A DNA stretch of 50,560 bases, from positions 1-50,560 of IMG/VR virus record IMGVR_UViG_3300042923_001793; one strand, written 5' to 3'. The notes beneath the pieces were generated by a model that ran no database searches, had not been told where the DNA came from, and saw nothing but the letters and a program-made list of their open reading frames with translations. Shown one piece after another: positions 9,267 to 18,926 of the stretch (positions within the stretch are counted from its first letter, which is position 1; each line of letters opens with the position of its first letter). Source of the DNA: a virus (lineage: Duplodnaviria; Caudoviricetes). The position numbers were made by a program, and so were the translations under genes.

Positions 9267-10181
9267 ATGAGTGAAAATAAGCCAGTAGTGTCAATGAGTT
9301 CATTTTTGACACAAGATACAACAAAAAATTATCTGCAAAAAATGTTGGGTGATAGAACAAATCAATTTGTTACAAGTTTAGCAAGTATGGTAGGAAGTAA
9401 TGAAGCATTAAATAAATGTGATAGAAATAGTGTTTTAGGATGTGCTTTAAAAGCTGTAGGTATGAATTTGCCTTTTGACCAAAATCTTGGTTTTGCATAT
9501 GCGATTCCTTATGGTACACAAGCTCAATTTCAAATGGGTTACAAAGGATTCATACAATTAGGTTTAAGAAGTAGTCAAATAGTTCAATTAGGTGTTAGAG
9601 AAGTCAAAGAGGGTGAATATGCAGGTAGAGATTTTGTAGGAGACCCTATTATAAATTGGTTATCAGATGATGAAAGAATAGATAAGCCAACAATTGGATA
9701 TATGGCAGGATTAAAACTTGTAAATGGATTTTTAAAAACAACATATTGGACTATAAAACAAGTAGAAAGTCATAGAGACAAATATAGTCAATCTTATAAA
9801 TCAGCAGTTAAATATGGGAAAAATGATGCAGTTTGGATTACAAATTTTGATGGAATGGCAAAAAAGACAGTTTTAAAAGAATTAATTAGTAAATATGCAC
9901 CTATGTCTACTGAAATGCAAGAAGCAATTAAAATAGATCAAGCAGTTGTATTAACTAATCCAGAAACAGAAGAAGAAACAGTTATATATGCAGATAATAT
10001 TCAAGCTGAAGTAAATGCAGTGGAAACAATCTCAAAAGACCAAATAGTAGAACTTGCAAAATTAATAGGTGATAGTAGCGCTAAATGTGATGTATTTTTA
10101 AAGAGAGGCTATCAAAGTATAAACGATATTACAATTGAAGATTACGAAGATATAAAAAAAGAAATAAAAAGTATTAAATAA
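9267..10181 (+). CDS. recT: RecT-family ssDNA annealing protein
   Basis: LGFAYAIPY..AQFQMGYKGFIQL..W..NFDGMAKKTVLK. Confidence 0.9.
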   Translation: MSENKPVVSMSSFLTQDTTKNYLQKMLGDRTNQFVTSLASMVGSNEALNKCDRNSVLGCALKAVGMNLPFDQNLGFAYAIPYGTQAQFQMGYKGFIQLGLRSSQIVQLGVREVKEGEYAGRDFVGDPIINWLSDDERIDKPTIGYMAGLKLVNGFLKTTYWTIKQVESHRDKYSQSYKSAVKYGKNDAVWITNFDGMAKKTVLKELISKYAPMSTEMQEAIKIDQAVVLTNPETEEETVIYADNIQAEVNAVETISKDQIVELAKLIGDSSAKCDVFLKRGYQSINDITIEDYEDIKKEIKSIK

Positions 10182-10309
10182 GTATATCAGATTTTAGTCT
10201 GGGCTGTACTAGAGCAGTTATTATATTAGAATAGTAAAACTACTCACTTAAATAGGATAAGCCCTCTAAACTGATTATAGAAAGTTATAGAAAGAAAGAA
10301 GGAATAACA

Positions 10310-10648
10310 ATGATTAATTTTAAAAAAGAAGTAACAATATTTAAACCTAAGAAATATACAAGTGCAAAAGGTGTAGACTATTGGAAATTTAGCATAAGTG
10401 ATAGTACATTTAATAATGAAACTAAACAATGGATAGCAAATGGCTTTATAAATGTTACACTATTTAACAGTAATATTGAATTGGTTGACAAGCAAAAGAT
10501 TAGTATTGACAAAGTTACAAGCGTTGGAATAAATGAATATAACGGAAATAAATCATTTAATATTATAGTTGAATTAAAACAAAGTGAATTTGAAAGTGAT
10601 GAAAATGGAACATATGAGGAAGCAAATATAGCTGATCTACCATTCTAA
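10310..10648 (+). CDS. Single-stranded DNA-binding protein (phage type)
   Basis: Acidic tail ending DLPF; follows recT. Confidence 0.75.
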   Translation: MINFKKEVTIFKPKKYTSAKGVDYWKFSISDSTFNNETKQWIANGFINVTLFNSNIELVDKQKISIDKVTSVGINEYNGNKSFNIIVELKQSEFESDENGTYEEANIADLPF

Positions 10649-10683
10649 AAACACACACAAAAGAAATAAGAGGTGAAACATAT

Positions 10684-11208
10684 ATGTGTAGCAATAAGTT
10701 ATTTGATGAAAATACAGATTATGCTGATACAATTGCATCGTGTCTATACAAAAAATATAATAATTTAATGGAATACGATGATATAAAACAATTATGTTTA
10801 ATAGGTTTGTTTAATGCTAGTAAAACATTTGATGTTAATAAAAAAACTGAATTTAAAACTTATGCAAATAAATTTATGAGAAGTGAGGTTATTAACGAAT
10901 TAAGAAAATTAAAAAATCAACCTAAAATAGCAAAAAATAGTGATGAAATTTATGATTATTTGTTAGATATAGATAGCAAAAATGAATATGAAAATGGTGT
11001 AGATTTTATTTATAGCGAAATAAATTTAATGGACATACTTAAAAAATTAAAATACGATGAAAACAAACATAAAGTTATTGCTAGTTTTTTAAATGAAAAA
11101 ACTCAAAGTGAAATTGCGGTAGAATTAGGTGTATCAAGACAATGGATATTCCAAATTATATCAAGTTTCAAACAGGATATTATTAAGTATTTAAATATTA
11201 AGAATTGA
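10684..11208 (+). CDS. Short sigma-70 family sigma factor
   Basis: DDIKQLCLIGLFNA..FD..FKTYA (region 2); TQSEIAVELGVSRQWI (region 4). Confidence 0.85.
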   Translation: MCSNKLFDENTDYADTIASCLYKKYNNLMEYDDIKQLCLIGLFNASKTFDVNKKTEFKTYANKFMRSEVINELRKLKNQPKIAKNSDEIYDYLLDIDSKNEYENGVDFIYSEINLMDILKKLKYDENKHKVIASFLNEKTQSEIAVELGVSRQWIFQIISSFKQDIIKYLNIKN

Positions 11209-11951
11209 GAGGGGATATAGATATGAAAATAAGATGTATGAAAAATTATTATGATTACTTTACAATAAATAAAATATATGAAGTAATCAACGATGAAGTG
11301 AGATGTGATAGAGGAATTAAATTTAGTTTTTATGGTGATTTAAAACAATTTAATAAGCATATGTGCTCACAATTTGAATTAGTAGAAGAGGAAAAAACAA
11401 TGTTTAAAGTAGGAGATAAGATAAAATTAATAAGTTTAAAAAATGAATTTGCAGGTGGCTATAAAGAAAGGTTAGGCAAAACAGGAATAATTAGATACAT
11501 AAGTCTTAATACTGCTGGAGGACATAGTGCTGATGTTGAATGGGATGATAAAAAAGGAACAGTACATAATCCATATTTAAAAAATCTGGAATTAGTTAAG
11601 GAGGAAAAAATGAAATTAAGTGATATAAAAGAAAGATGGCTTGTAGTATTTGCAAATGGAGAGGAAGCAGTAAGAGGAATGGGAAGTTTCTTTGGTAGAA
11701 GGACAGAAGCATTTTTAATTATAGAAAATGGAAAGGAGACTGGAAGACAAATATTTATTTGTAACTATAACGAAGATTTAACAAATAGAGAGGATTCACA
11801 ATTAAGTATAAAAAAAGTATTAAAACCAAGATATGAAGAAGTATGGACAAGACCAGAAATAGAAGAAGTAGAAATAACATTTAATGAGTTAGTAAAGAAT
11901 TATGAAGAATCTAAAAAATGTAAAGTTAAGATAGTAAAGGAGAGTAAGTAA
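11205..11951 (+). CDS. Hypothetical protein, apparent three-module fusion (internal starts 11400, 11610)
   Basis: In-frame internal GAGGAAAAAA-ATG sites. Confidence 0.55.
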   Translation: MRGDIDMKIRCMKNYYDYFTINKIYEVINDEVRCDRGIKFSFYGDLKQFNKHMCSQFELVEEEKTMFKVGDKIKLISLKNEFAGGYKERLGKTGIIRYISLNTAGGHSADVEWDDKKGTVHNPYLKNLELVKEEKMKLSDIKERWLVVFANGEEAVRGMGSFFGRRTEAFLIIENGKETGRQIFICNYNEDLTNREDSQLSIKKVLKPRYEEVWTRPEIEEVEITFNELVKNYEESKKCKVKIVKESK

Positions 11952-11953
11952 TT

Positions 11954-12313
11954 ATGGAAAATTTATTAAATAGCACAAGTGGTTTAGTAGACCAATTAGC
12001 AAAGATTTTAAATACAACTGCTGAAAATGTAATGCCTACATTAAATGCTTATATGGAAATGGCAATTAATCAAAAAATATCAGCAAATTTAGCATCATTA
12101 ATTGTATGTGGAATATTAGCATTATTATTTTTAATAATTACAATAATAATACTTATAAAATGTTGGGGTGAAGATGAAACAGTTTTTACAATATTAACTA
12201 TATTACCGATGATAATGTGTACTTGGATAGTAGTGAACTCAATAATAGTATTAAATAATATACAATACTATGTTATACAAGATATATTATATAAAATAAC
12301 TGGAAATTTTTAA
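11954..12313 (+). CDS. 2-TM membrane protein
   Basis: Hydrophobic segments. Confidence 0.55.
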   Translation: MENLLNSTSGLVDQLAKILNTTAENVMPTLNAYMEMAINQKISANLASLIVCGILALLFLIITIIILIKCWGEDETVFTILTILPMIMCTWIVVNSIIVLNNIQYYVIQDILYKITGNF

Positions 12314-12388
12314 CAAAATAATAGCAACATGGGGAACTAGCATAGAATTGTAACGTTCCCCTATTTTATAAGAGAGGAGAAAATTGAC

Positions 12389-13108
12389 ATGAATGATCCA
12401 GCATTCTTATTTTATAGTTCAGACTTTTTAACTGGTTGTATGGATTTAACTATGGAAGAACGAGGACAGTATATAACATTAATGTGTATGCAACATCAAA
12501 AAGGACATTTAAGTGAAAAAACCATATGCTTATCTCTAGGTTTAGCATTTAATGATTTAACACAAGAATTGAAATCAAAATATATTACTGATGATGATAA
12601 GAATTATTATAATGAAAGACTAGAACAAGAGATAATAAAAAGGGCTGAATATACTGAAAGTAGAAGAAAAAATGGCTCTAAAGGTGGTAGACCTAAAGAA
12701 GAAAAAAAGAAAGCATATGTAAAACCATATGGTAAACCATATGAAAACCATATTGAAAATGAAAATATAAATAGAGATATAAATATAATTATAGAGTATT
12801 TAAATAATAAAATAGATAGTAATTATAAAAGTAGTAGTAAAAAAAATAGGGAATTAATACAAGCTAGATTAAATGAAAAATATACAGTAGAAGATTTTAA
12901 AAAAGTAATTGATAATAAAGTTACAGAATGGACAGGCACAGAATTTGAAAAGTTTTTAAGACCAGAGACATTATTTAGTAATAAATTTGAAGGGTATCTG
13001 AATCAAAAACAAAATGTAAAACAAGAAAAGAAAAAAGACTATCAAAATTATAATCAAAGAAAATATAACGATAAAGATTTTGACACAATGATAGATGTAG
13101 GAGGTTAA
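12389..13108 (+). CDS. Phage replication initiator (YdaU/DUF1376-like N-terminus, conserved phage C-terminal domain)
   Basis: PAFLFYSSDFL..EERGQYITL, NGSKGGRP, FLRPETLFSNKFEGYLNQ. Confidence 0.8.
   Translation: MNDPAFLFYSSDFLTGCMDLTMEERGQYITLMCMQHQKGHLSEKTICLSLGLAFNDLTQELKSKYITDDDKNYYNERLEQEIIKRAEYTESRRKNGSKGGRPKEEKKKAYVKPYGKPYENHIENENINRDINIIIEYLNNKIDSNYKSSSKKNRELIQARLNEKYTVEDFKKVIDNKVTEWTGTEFEKFLRPETLFSNKFEGYLNQKQNVKQEKKKDYQNYNQRKYNDKDFDTMIDVGG
12710..12754 (+). repeat. Iteron-like AAACCATATG repeats (putative phage ori)
   Basis: Four near-identical copies plus one at 12519, inside the initiator gene. Confidence 0.65.
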
Positions 13109-13109
13109 A

Positions 13110-13793
13110 ATGAAATACCATTGTTTATTTGAACAAAGTGGAACATTTAAAAATCAATTTTTAAAATTGGGTTATCTAGCTTTTGATTATGATATACAAA
13201 ATGAATTTAATGAAACTGATTTTGTTATTGATTTATTTAACGAAATAGAAAAGGAATATTTACAACAAACTAGTATATTTAGCAATATGACTAAAGAAGA
13301 TACTATAATTGCATTTTTCCCTTGTGTAAGATTTGAAGACCAAATTCAAATGGCTTTTAGAGGTACACAATGGCAAATGAAAAATTGGAGTTTAGAACAA
13401 AAACTTGAATATGATTTAAAGCTACAAAAAGAACTTACCGAATTATATAACTTAATAACGAAATTAGCAATTATATGTGTAAGAAAAAATATACAACTAA
13501 TAATAGAAAACCCACATAGTACAACACATTACCTAGTTAAATATTGGTGTATACCATATACAATGTTAGATAGTGATAGAACAATAAGAGGAGATTATTT
13601 TAGAAAACCAACACAATATTGGTTTATAAATTGTAGTCCACAATATAACTTAATATTTGAAGCTGGTACAATGAATGAAATTAAAACAATAGCAAATACA
13701 AGTAATAAAACCGAAAGAAGTATGATAAGTCAAGAATACGCAAATAGGTTTATAAGAGAATTTATAATTGAAATTAGGGAGGTTAAATTATGA
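13110..13793 (+). CDS. Putative DNA (cytosine-5) methyltransferase-like protein
   Basis: CLFEQSG (motif I-like), FFPC (IV), IIENP (VI), RKPTQYW. Confidence 0.65.
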   Translation: MKYHCLFEQSGTFKNQFLKLGYLAFDYDIQNEFNETDFVIDLFNEIEKEYLQQTSIFSNMTKEDTIIAFFPCVRFEDQIQMAFRGTQWQMKNWSLEQKLEYDLKLQKELTELYNLITKLAIICVRKNIQLIIENPHSTTHYLVKYWCIPYTMLDSDRTIRGDYFRKPTQYWFINCSPQYNLIFEAGTMNEIKTIANTSNKTERSMISQEYANRFIREFIIEIREVKL

Positions 13794-13948
13794 ATATAGA
13801 AAAAGGAATGTGGGTTAAAAGTATATTTGGTTATATATACCAAGTTGACGAAGTAAAAGATGATGAAATTTATTGTGATGATTACATAATGTGTTTTTCA
13901 TCAGAACAAATCGAAAAAGCAAGTTTTAATAAAGAAGATTTAATGTAA
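13790..13948 (+). CDS. 52-aa hypothetical protein (not in ORF track)
   Basis: GGAGG RBS; ATG overlaps the upstream stop. Confidence 0.5.
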   Translation: MNIEKGMWVKSIFGYIYQVDEVKDDEIYCDDYIMCFSSEQIEKASFNKEDLM

Positions 13949-13950
13949 GG

Positions 13951-14166
13951 TTGGTGAGTAGTATGGAAGAGTTTTTGTCAGAAGAAGGTTTAAAATTATT
14001 TGATATAAAAGCAGATTTGCTTAATAAGTTAGAATTTTTAAAATACAAAAACACCGATTTAGAAGACATATTAGAAAAAGCAAAATATGAAAATGAATTA
14101 TTTGAAATTAATATAAAAATTAAATATATAGCTGAATTAATAGATAAATTGGAGGTTGGTGAGTAG
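13951..14166 (+). CDS. Hypothetical phage protein
   Basis: ORF with shared linker. Confidence 0.5.
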   Translation: MVSSMEEFLSEEGLKLFDIKADLLNKLEFLKYKNTDLEDILEKAKYENELFEINIKIKYIAELIDKLEVGE

Positions 14167-14425
14167 TATGAGTATCAAAATAAAACAGATGATGTTGTTT
14201 GACCCGCAATGTGAACATGATAACTTGGTACTTTGTTTTAAAAATGAAGTTAATTTTAATGTCATTAATGAGGACCAGTTTATATGTGATATACCATTAG
14301 CAACTGCAATACAGATTTATAGATATGGCAATATTTACTTGGCTAATTCACCAATAGATATAGATGTTGAAGTGCAAAATTATTTAAAATCTGAAATTAG
14401 TAAAAGAGATAAGTTGGAGGGGTAA
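14156..14425 (+). CDS. Hypothetical phage protein
   Basis: ORF with shared linker. Confidence 0.5.
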   Translation: MVSSMSIKIKQMMLFDPQCEHDNLVLCFKNEVNFNVINEDQFICDIPLATAIQIYRYGNIYLANSPIDIDVEVQNYLKSEISKRDKLEG

Positions 14426-14427
14426 AT

Positions 14428-14733
14428 ATGAATAAAGAAGAAGCAGTTGAACATTTTAAAAAAGTAAAAAAATGTGGATTATATGTAAAACCTTATGAAG
14501 AAACATTTGCAGCAATAGATATACTATTACAACAAGCAAGTCTAGTAGATACATTAATAAGTGGTTTGAAAACAGATTATAAAGAATACACAGAACAAGT
14601 TAAACATTATGAAGAAATGAGAAGAAATACACCAAGCGACTTTTATAGACATTCTTATCAAACTACAATACATAAATTAAATGCTAAAAGAGAATATATA
14701 AAAAGCATTTTAAAGATATTGGAAGGTAATTAA
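14428..14733 (+). CDS. Hypothetical phage protein (ends ILKILEGN)
   Basis: RBS; shares repeats with 16298-16747. Confidence 0.55.
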   Translation: MNKEEAVEHFKKVKKCGLYVKPYEETFAAIDILLQQASLVDTLISGLKTDYKEYTEQVKHYEEMRRNTPSDFYRHSYQTTIHKLNAKREYIKSILKILEGN

Positions 14734-14734
14734 G

Positions 14735-15004
14735 ATGATTAAAAATATGGAAGGAATTAGAATAGGTAGATTATTAATATTGGAAGATACTGGAAAAAGA
14801 TATAATAGAGAAGTAATATGGAAATGTATATGTGATTGTGGAAATATTACAGAAGTAAAAGGAGGGCATTTAAGAACTGGAATGACACAAAGCTGTGGCT
14901 GTTTAAGTAGAGAAACAAGAGAAAAATATAATAATTTAAGACATAAATATAAAACAAATAATTTAAAGATATTGGAGGTAATGAATAATGATACAAATAA
15001 ATGA
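14735..15004 (+). CDS. Stand-alone N-terminal module of AP2/HNH-type homing endonucleases
   Basis: GRLLIL..WKCICDCGN..LRTGMTQSCGCL; no nuclease domain follows. Confidence 0.65.
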   Translation: MIKNMEGIRIGRLLILEDTGKRYNREVIWKCICDCGNITEVKGGHLRTGMTQSCGCLSRETREKYNNLRHKYKTNNLKILEVMNNDTNK

Positions 15005-15347
15005 AAAATATTTTATAGATGCAGATAAATTAAATATAATTTTAAAAGAAAGAGTAATAATGACACAAGAAAAGTATGATAAATTAAGTGATAAGCAAAG
15101 AGAAAAAACAAAAGTAGGAAATGAAACTATAACAGATTTAGGATATTTTCCAAATGTAGAATCTGCATTACAAAAATTATTAGAAAAACATAAGAAAGAC
15201 TTAATAGAGAAAAACGAATATGCAAGTATTGAAGATGCAATTAAAGAGTTAAAGTATATGCAAGAAGATTTTAGAAAGCAAGTTAAGAGTTTAAATGTAC
15301 CTATAAGTGTATATAACAAGTGTACAGGCATTGAATTGGACAAGTAG
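14988..15347 (+). CDS. Hypothetical phage protein
   Basis: RBS; LGYFPNVESAL. Confidence 0.55.
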   Translation: MIQINEKYFIDADKLNIILKERVIMTQEKYDKLSDKQREKTKVGNETITDLGYFPNVESALQKLLEKHKKDLIEKNEYASIEDAIKELKYMQEDFRKQVKSLNVPISVYNKCTGIELDK

Positions 15348-15359
15348 TAGAATTACTCG

Positions 15360-15560
15360 TTGAGAGTAGAAAAGAGGATTAAAATGGCAAATAAAGAAAT
15401 AGATTTGATAATGCCTAAATGGTGGATAAAAGAAAGCTTAAAGCAGGGGTGGATACAAGAAACAAATAAACAAGGAATTTATAATTATTATGGTTATAAT
15501 GTAGCTGAAGATAGGTATTTACCAAGTGATAAAAATATAGTATTTGGAGTTAAGGAGTGA
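15360..15560 (+). CDS. Hypothetical phage protein
   Basis: Co-oriented ORF. Confidence 0.45.
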   Translation: MRVEKRIKMANKEIDLIMPKWWIKESLKQGWIQETNKQGIYNYYGYNVAEDRYLPSDKNIVFGVKE

Positions 15561-15766
15561 ATTTGTTGAAATATATTGAAATTTATAATAATATTATTAG
15601 CTTAGAAAATATAAAATATATTTATTTAGATTATTGTTGTGGAGATATTATAAATATTAATTATTTAGATGGTACAAAAATAAGAATAACCACAAAGGAT
15701 AATGGAGCGTACGGTTATATAAAAGAAAAATATCAAGAAATAAAAAGTTATTTAATTAAGGAGTGA
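15557..15766 (+). CDS. Hypothetical phage protein
   Basis: Coupled ORF. Confidence 0.5.
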   Translation: MNLLKYIEIYNNIISLENIKYIYLDYCCGDIININYLDGTKIRITTKDNGAYGYIKEKYQEIKSYLIKE

Positions 15767-16035
15767 ATTATATGAGTGCAAAAGAAATGTTTGAAAAATT
15801 AGGATATAGATTTGAAAAACCTACTGATATGTGTGGGAATGAAGTAGAGTTTTGCTATAGATATGTTAAATTTGATGGAACTTGGTTAGAAGAATTGAAT
15901 TTTAATGATAGTACAAAACTATTACATACAACAAAAAGATTAAATAATATGTTATGGAATTATATTGATTTTATGTTTACATTTGAATTATTACAAGCAA
16001 TACAACAACAGATAAAAGAATTAGGTTGGGAGTGA
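15763..16035 (+). CDS. Hypothetical phage protein (MSAKEMFEKLGY..IKELGW type)
   Basis: Coupled ORF; RBS. Confidence 0.55.
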   Translation: MNYMSAKEMFEKLGYRFEKPTDMCGNEVEFCYRYVKFDGTWLEELNFNDSTKLLHTTKRLNNMLWNYIDFMFTFELLQAIQQQIKELGWE

Positions 16036-16295
16036 ATTATATGGATATAAAAGAAATGAAAACAAGGATAAATGAGATAATTATAGATTTACAAGATGAT
16101 TATAAAACTAATGGTAACAAATATGATTTAGAAAGTATAAAAGCATTAGAAACATTACTTGTAGATAATGATAATAAAGATAAAGTAATAGAACTAATGG
16201 CAGAACAATTAGCAGGAACATTAAATTATATAGGTTGTTTTGAAGCTAAAGAAATAATTATTGAGTTTGAAAATAAAGCAAAGGAGATGAATTAA
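16026..16295 (+). CDS. Hypothetical phage protein (likely start 16041)
   Basis: GGAGTG RBS before ATG 16041. Confidence 0.5.
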   Translation: MGVNYMDIKEMKTRINEIIIDLQDDYKTNGNKYDLESIKALETLLVDNDNKDKVIELMAEQLAGTLNYIGCFEAKEIIIEFENKAKEMN

Positions 16296-16297
16296 AT

Positions 16298-16747
16298 ATG
16301 AAAAGAGTAAGTGTAGAAGCTTTTCAATGCGAAAATTGTGGCAAAATTCATAATATAGAATACTCAGCAATTATTTGTTGTAAACAATATCACTGTGAAA
16401 AATGTGGAGTGGAAACAGAAAATTACAGAATACTTTGTGATAACTGCTCAGAAAAACAAAAATATGAGGAAGCTATAAAATTTACATATGAAGAATATGT
16501 TAAAAATTATCCTGAACATATGTTATTTCATGGCGATAATTATTATTTGGATATGGAATCTATAATTGATGATTTAGATATATCTGAATCCATACCAGAT
16601 TATGTATGGGGAACAGAAAAAGCAAGTCTAGTAGATACATTAAAAGAGAAGTTGAAAAGGGATAGTAAAACAGAAAATGGTTATAGTGGAGATATGTATA
16701 GAAGACATTATGCACAAGAAATATTAAAGATATTGGAGGGTAATTAA
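16298..16747 (+). CDS. Cys-rich hypothetical protein (ends ILKILEGN)
   Basis: CxxC pairs; RBS. Confidence 0.55.
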   Translation: MKRVSVEAFQCENCGKIHNIEYSAIICCKQYHCEKCGVETENYRILCDNCSEKQKYEEAIKFTYEEYVKNYPEHMLFHGDNYYLDMESIIDDLDISESIPDYVWGTEKASLVDTLKEKLKRDSKTENGYSGDMYRRHYAQEILKILEGN

Positions 16748-16748
16748 G

Positions 16749-16925
16749 ATGGATGAAAAAGCATTTAAAATACTTTTTAAAGAAATGAATATTAAATATT
16801 TAACACATTTTAGTTTGTTAAAAGGAAATAAAATTAAAATAAAATACCGTAGCAATAATTTACCTGTAAATATAGAGTGTGAAGATGTATTAAAAGTAGA
16901 AGATTTAAAAGGTTTGGAGGTATAA
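16749..16925 (+). CDS. 58-aa hypothetical protein (not in ORF track)
   Basis: GGAGGG RBS; fills the gap between neighbours. Confidence 0.5.
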   Translation: MDEKAFKILFKEMNIKYLTHFSLLKGNKIKIKYRSNNLPVNIECEDVLKVEDLKGLEV

Positions 16926-16928
16926 AAT

Positions 16929-17138
16929 ATGTGTGAATATTGTGAAAAAAGTAAAATAAAAAAAGATAAATTTTGTGTTGATGTAAATTTAGGTGATAAT
17001 AGCAAAATGTATATTACTGATGATAAATTATTAAATGTATCTTTAGAAAATGATGAATGTAAATGCATGAAACAATTATATAACATATTTAAAATAAATT
17101 ATTGTTTTAATTGTGGAGAAAAGTTAGGAGATGAGTAA
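16929..17138 (+). CDS. Small zinc-finger protein
   Basis: MCEYC..INYCFNCGEKL. Confidence 0.6.
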   Translation: MCEYCEKSKIKKDKFCVDVNLGDNSKMYITDDKLLNVSLENDECKCMKQLYNIFKINYCFNCGEKLGDE

Positions 17139-17179
17139 ATATATAAAATCATATGAATTTTAATAAATTTATATGATTC

Positions 17180-17213
17180 TACTTTACAAATACACTTATT
17201 TTTCGTATATAGT
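17180..17213 (+). promoter_or_regulatory. Phage promoter motif copy 1 (TTTACA-19-TATAGT)
   Basis: Matches copies at 23110, 31026 and 45478. Confidence 0.7.
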
Positions 17214-17231
17214 TATCAGAGGTATTTTAAA

Positions 17232-17945
17232 ATGAGTAAAACTAAAAAGACAACTGAAGAATTAGAAAAAATAGAAAAAGGTCAAGAAAAAATAATTAAA
17301 GATAATGAATTATTAGCACAAGCAAAACAAGATTTAATTGATAAAGCAAATAAAGATTTACCTAGTTATCTTGAAACAAGATTACAAGAATTTTCAGATG
17401 AATTAAAAGAAGTGATTGACAATAGATTTATAGCAGATAATGAAAATATTGGTTATTCTTCTTTAGAAATTATGAATTTAATTAAACAACCCAAATATTA
17501 TTTGGGACAACCACCTAAATATTCAAGTGAAGAAATGTATTTAGTATTTGAAGCATATCAAAAATTAATAAGTGAAGCAAATAAATATACAAAATTTATT
17601 CCTTCAAAAGAAAGTTTTTGCAGATTTGCAGGATTTACCACATCAACATTTAAAGCATATGAACAATCTGATGATCCAACAAGGCGTGAAGTAATGCAAG
17701 CAATAACAGATTATTTTGTAGATACAAATTTAACATTGTCTCAAAAAGGTGAATTAAAAGAAATAACAACAATATTTAGAGGAAAAACAACATTAGGATT
17801 AATAGAACAAGTGGCACCACAAGTAATTATACATACAGATAACATAAATATAGATGAGGCAAGAAAAAAATTGTGGAATATAACACAAGGTAAAAATGCA
17901 AGTATTAACTTAAATAAACAAGATTATAGAGTAGTAGAGGAATAG
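17232..17945 (+). CDS. Probable terminase small subunit (P22 gp3-like)
   Basis: GQPPKYS..PSKESFCRFAGFTTSTFKAY pattern; no other TerS candidate recognised. Confidence 0.6.
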   Translation: MSKTKKTTEELEKIEKGQEKIIKDNELLAQAKQDLIDKANKDLPSYLETRLQEFSDELKEVIDNRFIADNENIGYSSLEIMNLIKQPKYYLGQPPKYSSEEMYLVFEAYQKLISEANKYTKFIPSKESFCRFAGFTTSTFKAYEQSDDPTRREVMQAITDYFVDTNLTLSQKGELKEITTIFRGKTTLGLIEQVAPQVIIHTDNINIDEARKKLWNITQGKNASINLNKQDYRVVEE

Positions 17946-17950
17946 AATAT

Positions 17951-18241
17951 ATGGAAAAAAATATAGATATAAACTTAATATCATTTGGAAAAGAAAATTC
18001 GATAAGTAAAGAAAGCATAATGAGAATATCTAAAATATGTAAAGAAGAAGATTTTAGAAAAGCATTAGCGGTTTTAAGAAAAAAATATATAATTCTATCT
18101 TCTAGTGAACATAAAGGATATTGGCGACCAAATACAAAACAAGAATATATAAGTTTTATACTTGAATATACGAAACGTTTAAAAGAGACAGAAGAAGTTA
18201 TAACACTTGCACAAAAAGAAATGAAAGGAATGGGGTTATAA
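17951..18241 (+). CDS. Winged-HTH-like protein
   Basis: GKENSISK..FRKALAVLR..I.S..GYW. Confidence 0.55.
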   Translation: MEKNIDINLISFGKENSISKESIMRISKICKEEDFRKALAVLRKKYIILSSSEHKGYWRPNTKQEYISFILEYTKRLKETEEVITLAQKEMKGMGL

Positions 18242-18415
18242 TATATGAAATATAAAGAAGAAAATTTAGATGAAGAACATATATGTGAAAGTTGTAATAA
18301 AAATATTGGAAAAGTAACTTATGAACCATATCAATTTGAAATAAATGATGAAAAAATAATTATATGTTTATGTACTGAATGTCATCAAAACAGTTGTGAC
18401 GAAATATAAAGGAGA

Positions 18416-18649
18416 ATGAATATGAAAATAAATAAAAATGTAGTTTTAACTGCTAATAAAACAAATGATCAATTAGTAATAAATTATGATAAGTTATTAG
18501 TTAAAGATGCAATTGAAATAGGCTATCAAGCATTTCAAATAGCTAAAAGTAATATTGAAAAGGATTTACCAAAAGAAAAGAGAGTTACATTGAAAAAGTT
18601 TATGCAAACTTGTATAAATAGTTTGAATGATGAATCAGAAAAAGTTTAG
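18416..18649 (+). CDS. Hypothetical phage protein
   Basis: RBS; ORF. Confidence 0.5.
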   Translation: MNMKINKNVVLTANKTNDQLVINYDKLLVKDAIEIGYQAFQIAKSNIEKDLPKEKRVTLKKFMQTCINSLNDESEKV

Positions 18650-18890
18650 AAAAAGTGCCAGAAGAAGTGCGCACATTTGCACATATGTAAATTTTCGTGC
18701 ATATTTTAAAAAATTACAAAAAACATAAAAAATATAGAACAATAGTTCTATTACTACAATTGATTTTAAACAACTGTATTTTCAAGACATAAAACTATAC
18801 ACCTAATCAAAATAAATTCTTTAAAATGGCATATAAAACGTTATTTTTTAACTAAATATATATAAAAATATGCAATAATAAAATAGATAT

Positions 18891-18926
18891 AAAAAAGAGG
18901 TTTTTTTAACCTCTTTTTACTTTTTT
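18891..18926. terminator. Bidirectional terminator
   Basis: AAAAAGAGGTT/AACCTCTTTTT between convergent units. Confidence 0.75.
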
